From positions 4,643 to 68,642 of the forward strand of contig JAJZJL010000002.1 of assembly GCA_021810145.1 (NCBI GenBank): a stretch of DNA of 64,000 bases. Reading direction: 5' to 3'. Both the position numbers and the translations under genes were made by a program. Under the pieces are notes generated by a model. It ran no database searches. It saw only the letters and a program-made list of their open reading frames with translations, and was not told where the DNA came from. Within the stretch, counting starts at the first letter, position 1. Each line of letters begins with the position of its first letter. Source of the stretch: Planctomycetota bacterium (GTDB lineage Bacteria > Planctomycetota > Phycisphaerae > WQYP01). This document shows positions 19,248 to 28,006 of the stretch, piece by piece.

Positions 19248-19932
19248 AAATGTGCTCAAACTTAACGATGAATTGGCCCTGCAGAATCGGGAACTTTTTC
19301 AACGCTCCGGTGTGTTTGCCGTGGATTTAATCGGTGCCCCCGGTGCGGGAAAAACCGCTCTTCTGGAGTTCACGCTTCGGCAACTCAAGGACGTCATCAA
19401 CATCGGCGTGATTGTCGGTGATCCGGCAACCAGCCGCGACGGAGATCGTCTGGCCAAATACTCGCGGCATATTGTGCAGGTCAACACCGGAAGCGGGTGC
19501 CACCTCGATGCGAATCAGGTGCGCCATGCCATGGATAAACTCAAACTCGCCGATCTGGATGTACTGATTATTGAAAACGTGGGAAATCTCATCTGCCCGG
19601 TCTCCTTTAATTTGGGCCAGCACTGCAAGATCGGCATGTTCAGCGTCAGTGAAGGCGATGACAAAGCCGCCAAGCATCCGAATCTGGTTGTATCCGCTGA
19701 TCTGCTGATTCTGAATAAAATGGATCTGATTCCTTATATCCCATTTGATCTCGCACGCTTCCGGCAGGATGTTGAACATCTTAATCGCGCCGCCCCTTTG
19801 CTGGAAATTTCCGTTGTGCGCAATCAGGCCGCATCATGGCTGGACTGGTTGACGGCTCGCGCCGGGCAACAGAAGTCATTCCGAAAGGCCGGCAAGCATA
19901 AGGAAAAGGCCGTGGCAAGGAGTCAACGATGA
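19222..19932 (+). CDS. hypB: Hydrogenase nickel-incorporation GTPase HypB.
   Basis: GAPGAGKTALLE P-loop, ENVGNLICP and NKMDL G-motifs of the HypB/UreG family. I chose the ATG at 19222 with an AAGGGGAG RBS. It lacks an N-terminal His-stretch. Confidence 0.9.
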   Translation: MSTKVPIVENVLKLNDELALQNRELFQRSGVFAVDLIGAPGAGKTALLEFTLRQLKDVINIGVIVGDPATSRDGDRLAKYSRHIVQVNTGSGCHLDANQVRHAMDKLKLADLDVLIIENVGNLICPVSFNLGQHCKIGMFSVSEGDDKAAKHPNLVVSADLLILNKMDLIPYIPFDLARFRQDVEHLNRAAPLLEISVVRNQAASWLDWLTARAGQQKSFRKAGKHKEKAVARSQR

Positions 19933-20312
19933 AACTTGCGGTACCGGTATTGAATGGACAACTGTTCCCACACTTCGGCAGAAGTTCCGAGTTTGCGTTT
20001 TTTCAGTTCGATGCCACCACCGGAAACATTGTGTCAAAAGAGATTCTCGCCGCTCCCCCGCATGAACCGGGAATACTTCCCGCCTGGCTTCAATCGCACC
20101 GGATCAGTGTTTTGATAACCGGAGGAATCGGCGCACAGGCGGCCGAGCTGTGCCGCCGCAATGCAATACAGGTTCTGGCCGGCGCTCCTTCGGAGCCGGT
20201 TGAAAGGATCGTTACCGACTGGTTGCAGGGGCGTCTCGAACTTCATGCCAACGTGTGTACGCGGGATGAACATCATGAACATCGTCAGTGCGGAGAACAT
20301 CACCATGTCTGA
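19929..20312 (+). CDS. NifX/NafY/NifB-C-terminal-like (dinitrogenase FeMo-cofactor-binding family) small protein with a His-rich C-terminal tail.
   Basis: MKLAVPVLNGQLFPHFGRSSEFAFFQF...ISVLITGGIGAQAAELCRRNAIQVLAG matches the PF02579-type pattern (MKIAIP..HFG....GGIG..A...L...GI.V). The tail is HANVCTRDEHHEHRQCGEHHHV. ATGA overlap with hypB. Confidence 0.65.
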   Translation: MKLAVPVLNGQLFPHFGRSSEFAFFQFDATTGNIVSKEILAAPPHEPGILPAWLQSHRISVLITGGIGAQAAELCRRNAIQVLAGAPSEPVERIVTDWLQGRLELHANVCTRDEHHEHRQCGEHHHV

Positions 20313-20736
20313 TATGATTAAGCCACCAGCTCCCGGAGGTATTGCTTACGGTCCAAGTTGGCCGCACGCAATGAAAATACCGTTCGCCCTGAACATTCCA
20401 GGCATAGCACGGCAGGTCTCGGATTGCGACACGGTTTATGTGAAACATCCCGAGATCATGCATGAGGATATCTTTTCGTCCCCGCGTGGCCGCACGATGA
20501 CCAACGGCCTGTTGCGGCAGGGGCGAGCGGCAGCATCGCAATTAATCATCACGTTTCGCCAGCCGGCGGGGCTGAATATGCCCGCACCGTTGCAGGCCTG
20601 GATGATTACGAGAAAGCCTCAGGTGTTCCGCTTACCTGCCGCGATTATGCAGGATGGCGTGGCTAAGGCGGAAGCCCGCGCAAGCTTGATGTTGCCCAAG
20701 TGGAAAGACCTGGCAATACTGGACATACCGCAATGA
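20305..20736 (+). CDS. Hypothetical protein (144 aa) translationally coupled to the NifX-like gene.
   Basis: ATG at 20305 with GGAG 9 nt upstream. It overlaps the previous stop (ATGTCTGA). I recognised no family. The listed ORF 20161-20736 probably over-extends 5'. Confidence 0.35.
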   Translation: MSDMIKPPAPGGIAYGPSWPHAMKIPFALNIPGIARQVSDCDTVYVKHPEIMHEDIFSSPRGRTMTNGLLRQGRAAASQLIITFRQPAGLNMPAPLQAWMITRKPQVFRLPAAIMQDGVAKAEARASLMLPKWKDLAILDIPQ

Positions 20737-21086
20737 TATCGAACGTGGCCAATACGGTTTTGCTCGAAAACGCCGCACTTCAAGAGCTTTTTGCGGATCA
20801 GCGAGTTTCTGTGCTTTTGGCCAACATGGGTGCTCTGCTTAATGCAATTGATGATGCCGGAGAATGGCGGCGGATCAAACAATACCACACGCCGCGAGTT
20901 CCAGGTTGTTCCAGCAGGAATCAACTGCAACGAGTCGGTCTGGCTGTAACGCCGGGCCGGAAATTCTATTGGCAGGAACCACAACAAGTACTGAATTGCC
21001 CGCCGCATCGACCGTCGTTGCGACCTGGTGGTCTTCCCGCTTCCTCCGGAGAGCAGGACGATCAGACCACTGACCGGCAATCTTAA
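20733..21086 (+). CDS. Hypothetical protein. Low confidence; the C-terminal half is low-complexity.
   Basis: ATGA overlap with the preceding ORF. The N-terminal half looks helical and protein-like (MISNVANTVLLENAALQELFADQRVSVLLANMGALLNAIDDAGEWRRIK). The end is uncertain. Confidence 0.2.
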   Translation: MISNVANTVLLENAALQELFADQRVSVLLANMGALLNAIDDAGEWRRIKQYHTPRVPGCSSRNQLQRVGLAVTPGRKFYWQEPQQVLNCPPHRPSLRPGGLPASSGEQDDQTTDRQS

Positions 21087-21142
21087 GCCAATAGCAATAA
21101 GGGCCGTCAATACTTTTCACTGACTCCGGAAGAGAGGTTGCC

Positions 21143-21763
21143 ATGAAGCGAGTACTGGTCAATATTATCATCGACACCCTGGCAGCAATGGTGATGCTGG
21201 GATTGCTCGCCACCGGAATTATTTTGCGTTTTACGCTCCCTCCACGCAGCGGCCGCGTACGGACGCTGTGGAGTATGAGCCGGCACCAGTGGGGCGACCT
21301 GCACTTCTGGTTGGCACTGGCAGCTGTGGCAATTGTACTTCTACATCTGGCACTGCACTGGGATTGGGTAGTCTGCATCGTGCGCCGCTGGCTGGTCGGC
21401 GTTAATCAAGGTGGCCCCAGCAAGCGTTTACGAGTGTTTAGCGCCATAATTACGGCACTGATTGTCGCTTCGGCGATAACAAGTTTCTGGTGGATTTCCA
21501 CGCGGTCTGTAAAGCCCGCCGGTATGATTCAATCCGGGGGAAACGGATTTTCAAGCTCCGGATCCAACCTCCCCGGCAGCATGACTCTGGTTCGGACCGC
21601 CGCCACCTTGCATTGTTCCATCGCGGAGGTAAAGCATCGACTGGGATTGGCTTCCACCACTCCTGAAAGTGAACGGCTCGGCCAAATCGCCAGAGAACGG
21701 GGAGTAACCATGCGGGAAATTCGAAACCGCCTGGAATTGCAGAGCCGACACACCCAACCTTGA
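21143..21763 (+). CDS. DUF4405-like polytopic membrane protein with a ~90-aa cytoplasmic C-terminal extension.
   Basis: GAGAGG RBS. 3-4 TM helices with the conserved His/Trp pattern RHQWGDLHFWLALAAVAIVLLHLALHWDWVV reminiscent of DUF4405. The C-terminal part is HTH-like (LGQIARERGVTMREIRNRLE). Confidence 0.5.
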   Translation: MKRVLVNIIIDTLAAMVMLGLLATGIILRFTLPPRSGRVRTLWSMSRHQWGDLHFWLALAAVAIVLLHLALHWDWVVCIVRRWLVGVNQGGPSKRLRVFSAIITALIVASAITSFWWISTRSVKPAGMIQSGGNGFSSSGSNLPGSMTLVRTAATLHCSIAEVKHRLGLASTTPESERLGQIARERGVTMREIRNRLELQSRHTQP

Positions 21764-22258
21764 CGTGCACTGCAGTGAATCTCAATTTATTGCTGGAGGT
21801 GAAACAGGGACGCAATGACCTTTCCCGGCGACTGGCTCTGATTGTCCACTGCGTTCGCACCCCGCGGCGAGATACTCCGCGAACCCCGATGTCCCGCCAG
21901 CTTCACCTTCGCCGGCAATACGTTGCGTTCCATGCCCCTGCCCTTCGCCCGGCATGTGGAGCGACCGCAAAACGTCCGTGGTTATGGATTTAACATTAAC
22001 TGACGATCCGCAACAAAACCTGTGCGTGTGTCGCGCCGATAATCAGCCAATACGGCGCACTATTTCTGCCACCACAGGTGGAAGATACGCCCCGCCGCAT
22101 GATTCATAACGTGACATATACACACACATATGCCATGGCAGCGACGCTCTTTTCCTGCGATACCATTATTCCATCACAGATCCCCCCGGACGTTCATATC
22201 ATTGGCGTCCCCGTTCCGCGGTTTACAACCACATGATGCATGTCCCCTTTAAAATATC

Positions 22259-22300
22259 GTGGTACGGGCGATTCCGGCCCACTTTTTTTTATTTTTTTTG
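22259..22300 (+). terminator. Putative intrinsic terminator: bulged GC hairpin (GTGGtacGGGCgattccgGCCCAC) followed by a long T-tract.
   Basis: Hairpin plus ttttttttattttttttgcttttttttc, read directly. It may instead only be the UP-like T-rich region of the adjacent promoter. Confidence 0.35.
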
Positions 22301-22310
22301 CTTTTTTTTC

Positions 22311-22339
22311 TTGACATCGGCAGGTACAAAGTCTATGGT
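22311..22339 (+). promoter_or_regulatory. Strong sigma70-like promoter: TTGACA, 17-nt spacer, TATGGT, preceded by ~30 nt of T-tracts (UP-element-like).
   Basis: cTTGACAtcggcaggtacaaagtcTATGGTg. Unusually AT-rich for this genome. It would give a ~200-nt leader before the ORF at 22549. Confidence 0.45.
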
Positions 22340-22548
22340 GCCTTTTGTAGCTTGAGGATGGTCCTCTTGCGCGAAGACCGGTTCCAGCGGGCCGTAACAG
22401 TACAGACCGATGGAGAACGGGATCGAAGCGGGGCGTGTGCACGCGCCAGGCAACTCCAGCCTTTTCCTCTTCTCTCGTAATTTTTCACCACCACATGCTG
22501 ACGCGGCCAAGCGGAGCCAGAGTTTCCTTTTAAGGAAAGGGTAAAACC

Positions 22549-22881
22549 ATGCAAAGTCGAAGAAATCTTATTGGATGGGCTGCCGCCCTGCTCATGATGG
22601 CTGCCTTCTGGGCGATCACCCCGGTCGTTCATGCCCAACAGTGGCAAGGGGCGCAACAACCAGCCCAGGCGAAAAGCCAGACCTTTGTTGGCAGGGTTTT
22701 CAAGCTCCAGGGCGGAAAGTACGCCTTGATCACAGGCAAAACACCGCAGGGCCAGGTGGCTGGGCACTATCTGAAGAATCTCCACAGTCCCAAGAAATAT
22801 GTTGGCAAAACGGTGAAGGTCACTGGGACCTTGAACATGAAAACCAACACGATCCATGTAAAAAAAATCCGGACCGAATAA
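22549..22881 (+). CDS. Small secreted protein (110 aa) with a signal peptide, possibly OB-fold/BOF-like.
   Basis: AGGAAAGGG RBS. N-terminal signal peptide (LIGWAAALLMMAAFWAITPVVHA). Mature part is Q-rich then beta-rich (KYVGKTVKVTGTLNMKTNTIHVKKI). Bracketed by its own promoter and a perfect terminator. Confidence 0.55.
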   Translation: MQSRRNLIGWAAALLMMAAFWAITPVVHAQQWQGAQQPAQAKSQTFVGRVFKLQGGKYALITGKTPQGQVAGHYLKNLHSPKKYVGKTVKVTGTLNMKTNTIHVKKIRTE

Positions 22882-22914
22882 TCGGGGCCGGACCGTGATC
22901 GTATCTTGTGCAAT

Positions 22915-22953
22915 GACAGAGAGGCTGCGGCCGCAGCCTCTCTGTCAATTTTT
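22915..22953 (+). terminator. Rho-independent terminator.
   Basis: Perfect 16-bp inverted repeat GACAGAGAGGCTGCGG/CCGCAGCCTCTCTGTC followed by AATTTTT, 34 nt after the stop at 22881. Confidence 0.75.
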
Positions 22954-23120
22954 AGACGCGAACATACGCTGATGGCCGTGCACTGGTTGCCGTTGCCCTT
23001 ACTGTGAAGACCGCCCAGGGTGCGCGCATCGCCATCGCGGTCGGTAAGGCTTGCTCGGCATCAGTGTCGGTGCACCCATCTCGCCATTCCATTTGGACAG
23101 AGCCAAAGTTCCTGTGAATT

Positions 23121-23438
23121 TTGCGCAACGTTTCCGCCGAGCAATTTGAACTCTTGGCGATGTCCCATGCGGTCCGGCTCTTATTTGATCGGGCAGTATA
23201 TTTGAATTGTTACGGCACATTCCCCAGTCGCCTAATCAAGCTTTCGCCCACGTACCTTTCTACGATTCCACACGACCCATACACCGGAAAACCATTTGGC
23301 TACACTGCCAGCCCGAACGGCTGCACGGTTTACAGCCCCGGCAGATTTCCATCGCGATTGACAACTGGCATACACATTCTGCCCGGCCGCCCCATCCTGG
23401 CCTACCTGAGCTTGCCGGCGGGGAGATATCCCCTCTAA
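23121..23438 (+). pseudogene. Remnant of a type-II-secretion pseudopilin (GspG/PulG-like) gene lacking the N-terminal prepilin signal/TM helix.
   Basis: AVRLLFDRAVYLNCYGTFPSRL...IPHDPYTGKPFGYTASPNGCTVYSPG parallels the GspG C-terminal region (ALELYKLDNGRYPTTEQGL...DPWGNPYQYVSPG). I could not find a GFTLIELLVV-type N-terminus upstream in any frame. Confidence 0.35.
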
Positions 23439-23790
23439 GCATCCGCCGAGCGGGGGCCGCTTGTGCCACGAACCGCCGTTTTTTTCACCTCGCGTTTTTG
23501 GTAATCGGAGGCTGTTGTGTAGTGAAACACCAAGTTTCGCCGAGCACCGGCACATGAATGTGTCAACTGACATTGCTTTCAACCGAGTTGTGTTGGCCGG
23601 TGCATTTATTCATGGCCTGGCGGAATTCACCGTGGCGGAGTGCGATAGACTCGATGGCCCGTACTAGTGCAGATGGGGAGACGATAACGGGTGGCTGGTC
23701 AATATGTCAGATGGAATATTTCCGCCTTAGATTCAAAACTTCCGCCGGCGGCATTAGAATAGCTGGGAGTTTGCCGGCTGTACCAAGGAG

Positions 23791-25350
23791 TTGCCATTGA
23801 AATTGAATCCCCGTGATTTCGCCGTACCTTCCCTTGCTGATTTTAAAAAGCTCGCGGTGCCAGGAGCCATTATACCGGTATATGTTCCGGTTGCGGGGGA
23901 TTATCTCACGCCCGTATCCGCATATCAGCGCTTACGCGGCACCTCGGGGTATTCCTTTTTGCTGGAATCTGTGGTTGGGGGCGAACGCGTAGCGCGGTAT
24001 TCGTTCCTTGGTGCGGCTCCGACAATGGTGTTTGAAGCGCGTGATCAGGAAATGACAGTTTACAACCGCCCCGATCATGCCGATACCACGCGCAGCGTTT
24101 CGCAATCATCGGACCCGTTGGCCGAATTCGAAAAACTTCTTGGTCACGCCAAAGCGGTGCGATTGCCCGATCTCCCGGCGTTTACCGGCGGCGCAGTGGG
24201 CTACGCCGGGTATGATACCGTGCGATATCTGGAGCCGGAAAAGCTCGCATCCCCGCCGCGGGACACCCGTCATCTGCCGGATATTATTTTTGGCATTTAT
24301 GACGATCTGATCATCTTCGATCATGTTAAAAAGACTATTTTACTGGTAGCCAATATTCGGGTAAATGATTCTGACATCGACAAATTGTATGACGGCGCGG
24401 TGGATCGCATCGCCAGAATGATACAAACGCTCGGTACGCCGACGGCCATGCACCTGGACATGTTGAAACTCAATGTGGATGCAACACCGGCGTATGAAAG
24501 CAATTTTACCCGTGCGGGGTTTGAACATGCGGTGGATGCCGCCAAAGAATACATCAAGGCGGGAGATATATTCCAAGTTGTGTTATCGCAATGTCTCAAT
24601 ATGCGGACAAAAGCCGATCCCTTTGATATTTACCGTGCGTTGCGTGTGATTAATCCATCGCCGTTCATGTTCTATCTTAACAGCCCGGGTTGCACGCTCG
24701 TGGGATCCTCGCCGGAAATCATGTGCCGCGTTGAAGACGGCATAATTACCAACCGCCCGCTGGCGGGAACACGCCGGCGCGGCAAAACCCCGGAGGAGGA
24801 TTTCGCATTGGAAGCGGAACTGCTGGCTGATCCGAAGGAACGCGCCGAGCATGTGATGCTGGTGGATTTGGGCCGCAATGATGTGGGACGGGTATCCGTG
24901 CCGGGATCGGTAAAAATCAGCGATGCGATGACCGTGGAGCGTTACAGCCATGTGATGCACATAACCACCAATGTCACCGGCAAACTGGCGGAAGGCAAAA
25001 CCTGCTTTGATGCTTTGCGCAACACGCTGCCGGTGGGGACGGTCAGCGGGGCGCCAAAAATCCGAGCCATGCAGATTATCGATGAACTTGAGCCAACACG
25101 GCGCGGCCCCTATGCCGGGGCGGTAGGGTATATTGATTACGCCAAAAACATGGATACGTGCATCGCATTGCGCACCATGGTCATTACGCCGGAAGCCGAC
25201 AATTCCGGCGCACCTGCACACCGCGTATATGTGCAGGCCGGAGCCGGCCTGGTAGCTGATTCGGTGCCCGCCAGCGAATATCAGGAATCTTTAAATAAAG
25301 CCGCGGCACTGCTTAAAGCGGTGGCGATGGCTGAGGCGGGTTTGACTTAA
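23791..25350 (+). CDS. trpE: Anthranilate synthase component I (chorismate-binding enzyme).
   Basis: LESVVGGERVARYSFLGAAP, GAVGYAGYD, PFMFYL, LAGTRRRG, GGAVGYIDY motifs of TrpE. TTG-type start region with an AAGGAG RBS. No trpG follows. Confidence 0.9.
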   Translation: MPLKLNPRDFAVPSLADFKKLAVPGAIIPVYVPVAGDYLTPVSAYQRLRGTSGYSFLLESVVGGERVARYSFLGAAPTMVFEARDQEMTVYNRPDHADTTRSVSQSSDPLAEFEKLLGHAKAVRLPDLPAFTGGAVGYAGYDTVRYLEPEKLASPPRDTRHLPDIIFGIYDDLIIFDHVKKTILLVANIRVNDSDIDKLYDGAVDRIARMIQTLGTPTAMHLDMLKLNVDATPAYESNFTRAGFEHAVDAAKEYIKAGDIFQVVLSQCLNMRTKADPFDIYRALRVINPSPFMFYLNSPGCTLVGSSPEIMCRVEDGIITNRPLAGTRRRGKTPEEDFALEAELLADPKERAEHVMLVDLGRNDVGRVSVPGSVKISDAMTVERYSHVMHITTNVTGKLAEGKTCFDALRNTLPVGTVSGAPKIRAMQIIDELEPTRRGPYAGAVGYIDYAKNMDTCIALRTMVITPEADNSGAPAHRVYVQAGAGLVADSVPASEYQESLNKAAALLKAVAMAEAGLT

Positions 25351-25684
25351 TGGCCTCGCCGATCAATGCGATTGCGGCAGGCGGATCGGCGACCTCAATG
25401 ATCAGTTGCGCATAACGGTCATGCCGCAATTCAACCGTAATTGCCTTGGCGGGATTATGCACATCCCAGAATACTTTGTCCGCGTCGACATGAAACGTTC
25501 CGGCGGTAATCACACCGGGTATGTAGGTGCCGGGTGCCCGGATGCCGCGCACCGCCTCACGCGTGGCGTGCACGTCGGCAATATGTTCAAGCGGAATGGT
25601 CAGGCTGCTTTTAAGCGACCAGATCTTATCCCAGCCGATTACCTGGACAATCAGTTTGCCGTCTTCAATTCGCACTTCCGTCAT
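25313..25684 (-). CDS. Hypothetical small protein (123 aa), possibly a bacterial PH-like fold.
   Basis: Protein-like sequence MTEVRIEDGKLIVQVIGWDKIWSLKSSLTIPLEHIADVHATREAV... with an AGGTGA-like RBS. Convergent with trpE and overlaps its 3' end by ~38 nt. Confidence 0.45.
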   Translation of the reverse strand: MTEVRIEDGKLIVQVIGWDKIWSLKSSLTIPLEHIADVHATREAVRGIRAPGTYIPGVITAGTFHVDADKVFWDVHNPAKAITVELRHDRYAQLIIEVADPPAAIALIGEAIKSNPPQPSPPL

Positions 25685-26014
25685 AAGTCACCGCCCTTCA
25701 CCTTCGGTTTACTCCAATACTTATCTTATCCCGCAGGCATGAGGCATTGCAATTTCAATTCCCCCGCAAAACGCACGTCCGATTGCAGCGCCGCCGATGA
25801 AGCCGCAATCTCCGTCTCGTCGCTGGGCCGGTATTGCGGGGCGGTTCAAAATATTAAAATCCTGTATAATGTGCCTCCGATACCGCAAGGCATAAGCGTG
25901 TGCGGCATGGGCATACGGCGGAGGGTTGATCCCAATTTGAGGCATCCACCCGAAAACCGGGTGCCATAGAGAACACTGAAGTTTGGTTGAGTAATAAAAC
26001 CCGAAAGGAAATGT

Positions 26015-27817
26015 GTGAAGTTTAAGCGTACTGATTATTGTGGGAAACTCGGAAAAAATGATGTCTCGCGGCAGGTTGTGGTAACGGGATGGGTGCAATC
26101 CTACCGCGATCATGGTGGGGTGGTATTTGTGGATGTACGAGACCGCACAGGGATTGTACAAATTGTATTCCGCCCGGAAATGGCGGAGGTATATGCGCTG
26201 GGCCGGCAGTTGCGCCATGAAGATGTGATTCTGGTAAAAGGTCACGTGCTGGCACGCGCGGCGGAAGCGGTAAATCCGAAAATCCCCACCGGTGAAATTG
26301 AAGTCACCGTGGACGCCATTGAATTGGCGAACAAGGCGGATACCGCCCCGTTTTCACCCACGCAACATGATCCAGTAAATGAAGATACGCGTCTGAAGTA
26401 TCGCTATATTGATTTGCGCCGCGCCGATATGGCCCAGGCGATGATCACCCGGCACCGCGTAACCAAAATCATGCGCGATTATTGTGATGAGCATGGCTTT
26501 CTGGAAATTGAAACCCCCATGCTCTACAAAAGCACACCCGAAGGCGCCCGTGAATTTCTGGTGCCTTCCCGGCTGCACCCCGGCGAATTTTACGCCCTGC
26601 CGCAAAGCCCGCAGCTATTCAAACAGGTGCTGATGGTGGCCGGCATGGACCGCTACATGCAAATCGCCCGATGTTTCCGGGACGAGGATTTGCGAATGGA
26701 TCGACAACCGGAATTTACGCAGCTTGATCTGGAAATGAGCTTTGTTGATCGCGAAGATGTCATTGACCTGATCACCGGGTTGCTGGTGCGGCTTTGGAAA
26801 GAAGTCCTCAATGTGCAGTTGCCCGCAACATTTCCGCGCATGGGTTGGCGGGAAGCGATGGATCGTTTCGGCATCGATCGCCCGGACACGCGTTATGGAA
26901 TTGAATTAAAAGATATCAGCGATATTGTGCCGCAGACAGATTTTTCCGTATTCAAAGACGCCGTCAGCTCTGGCGGCTGTGTGAAGCTGATCGCGGTTCC
27001 CGGCGGAGCGGCGCTGACGCGCAAACAACTGGATCAACTTACGGAAGATGCAAAAAAACTGGGAGCCAAGGGGCTGGCCTGGATCAAGCTTGGCGGCGAA
27101 GCGGGTGCTGGAAATATGGGTGGCCCGATTGCCAAGTTCATTCCCGCAGCGCAGCAGCAGGCCATTCGCCGGCGCTGCGAAGCCAATGATGGCGATATCC
27201 TCCTCGGCGTTGCCGATAAACTTGAAACAGCCTGGAAAGTACTGGGCGAACTGCGTCAATCGCTGGCCAGACAACTTAAATTAATCCCGGAAAATCGTTT
27301 TGACTTTCTGTGGGTGGTGGATTTTCCAAGCTTTGAACATGACCCGGCGGCTGATCGCTTCATCGCGCGACATCATCCTTTTACCGCCCCGCTGGATGAA
27401 GATATACCACTGCTGGAAACGCGGCCGCTGGACGTTCGGGCCAAGGCGTATGACATTGTGCTTAACGGCATAGAAATTGGCGGAGGATCCATCCGTATTC
27501 ATCAGCGCGACGTGCAGTCCAAAATCTTTTCCCTGCTCGGCATTTCGCCGGAACAGGCGCAGAAAAAATTCGCCTTCCTTCTGGACGCTCTGCGGTTTGG
27601 CGCACCTCCGCATGGCGGCATAGCACTGGGCCTGGATCGACTTCTGATGCTGATGCTGAACCGTCAAAGCATCCGTGAGGTTATCGCCTTCCCGAAAACC
27701 CAGAGCGGCACGGACTTGATGACCGAAGCACCGTCCGCGGTGGATCCACGGCAGCTTCTGGAATTGTCCGTGGCCGTGGTGCATCCTGCCGCGGTCGGTA
27801 CCCATGTGAAAGCATAA
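26015..27817 (+). CDS. aspS: Aspartate--tRNA ligase.
   Basis: 600 aa. N-terminal OB anticodon-binding domain, class II motifs (FRDEDLR, GGGSIRIHQ, GLDRLLM) and the AspRS insertion domain. GTG start with an AGGAA RBS. Confidence 0.93.
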   Translation: MKFKRTDYCGKLGKNDVSRQVVVTGWVQSYRDHGGVVFVDVRDRTGIVQIVFRPEMAEVYALGRQLRHEDVILVKGHVLARAAEAVNPKIPTGEIEVTVDAIELANKADTAPFSPTQHDPVNEDTRLKYRYIDLRRADMAQAMITRHRVTKIMRDYCDEHGFLEIETPMLYKSTPEGAREFLVPSRLHPGEFYALPQSPQLFKQVLMVAGMDRYMQIARCFRDEDLRMDRQPEFTQLDLEMSFVDREDVIDLITGLLVRLWKEVLNVQLPATFPRMGWREAMDRFGIDRPDTRYGIELKDISDIVPQTDFSVFKDAVSSGGCVKLIAVPGGAALTRKQLDQLTEDAKKLGAKGLAWIKLGGEAGAGNMGGPIAKFIPAAQQQAIRRRCEANDGDILLGVADKLETAWKVLGELRQSLARQLKLIPENRFDFLWVVDFPSFEHDPAADRFIARHHPFTAPLDEDIPLLETRPLDVRAKAYDIVLNGIEIGGGSIRIHQRDVQSKIFSLLGISPEQAQKKFAFLLDALRFGAPPHGGIALGLDRLLMLMLNRQSIREVIAFPKTQSGTDLMTEAPSAVDPRQLLELSVAVVHPAAVGTHVKA

Positions 27818-28006
27818 GCGCATCAGGATGTTCGGCGTTGATCGTTACACTGAAATCGAAAACTCGAACTTCAATAATTACGGTCGAACCCTCGATAAGT
27901 TTACCGGCAGACTCTAAGATATGTGCAGGCTGCGGCGTTATGTGGTGGTACAAGCGAGGGCTTGATCAGGCTCTGACAAAGCCGAAACTGGAACGGATAT
28001 ATCAGT

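Noticed and set aside
22283-22310. T-rich tract considered as a CRISPR leader, integration hotspot or mobile-element boundary
   Set aside because: No repeats, spacers, integrase/transposase genes or target-site duplications nearby. It is better explained as a UP element or terminator tail.
21760-22510. Small ORFs 21760-21993, 22194-22442 and 22289-22510 in the gene-poor stretch
   Set aside because: No RBS, low-complexity or Arg-rich translations, and they overlap the putative promoter and terminator. I treat the region as non-coding pending RNA evidence.
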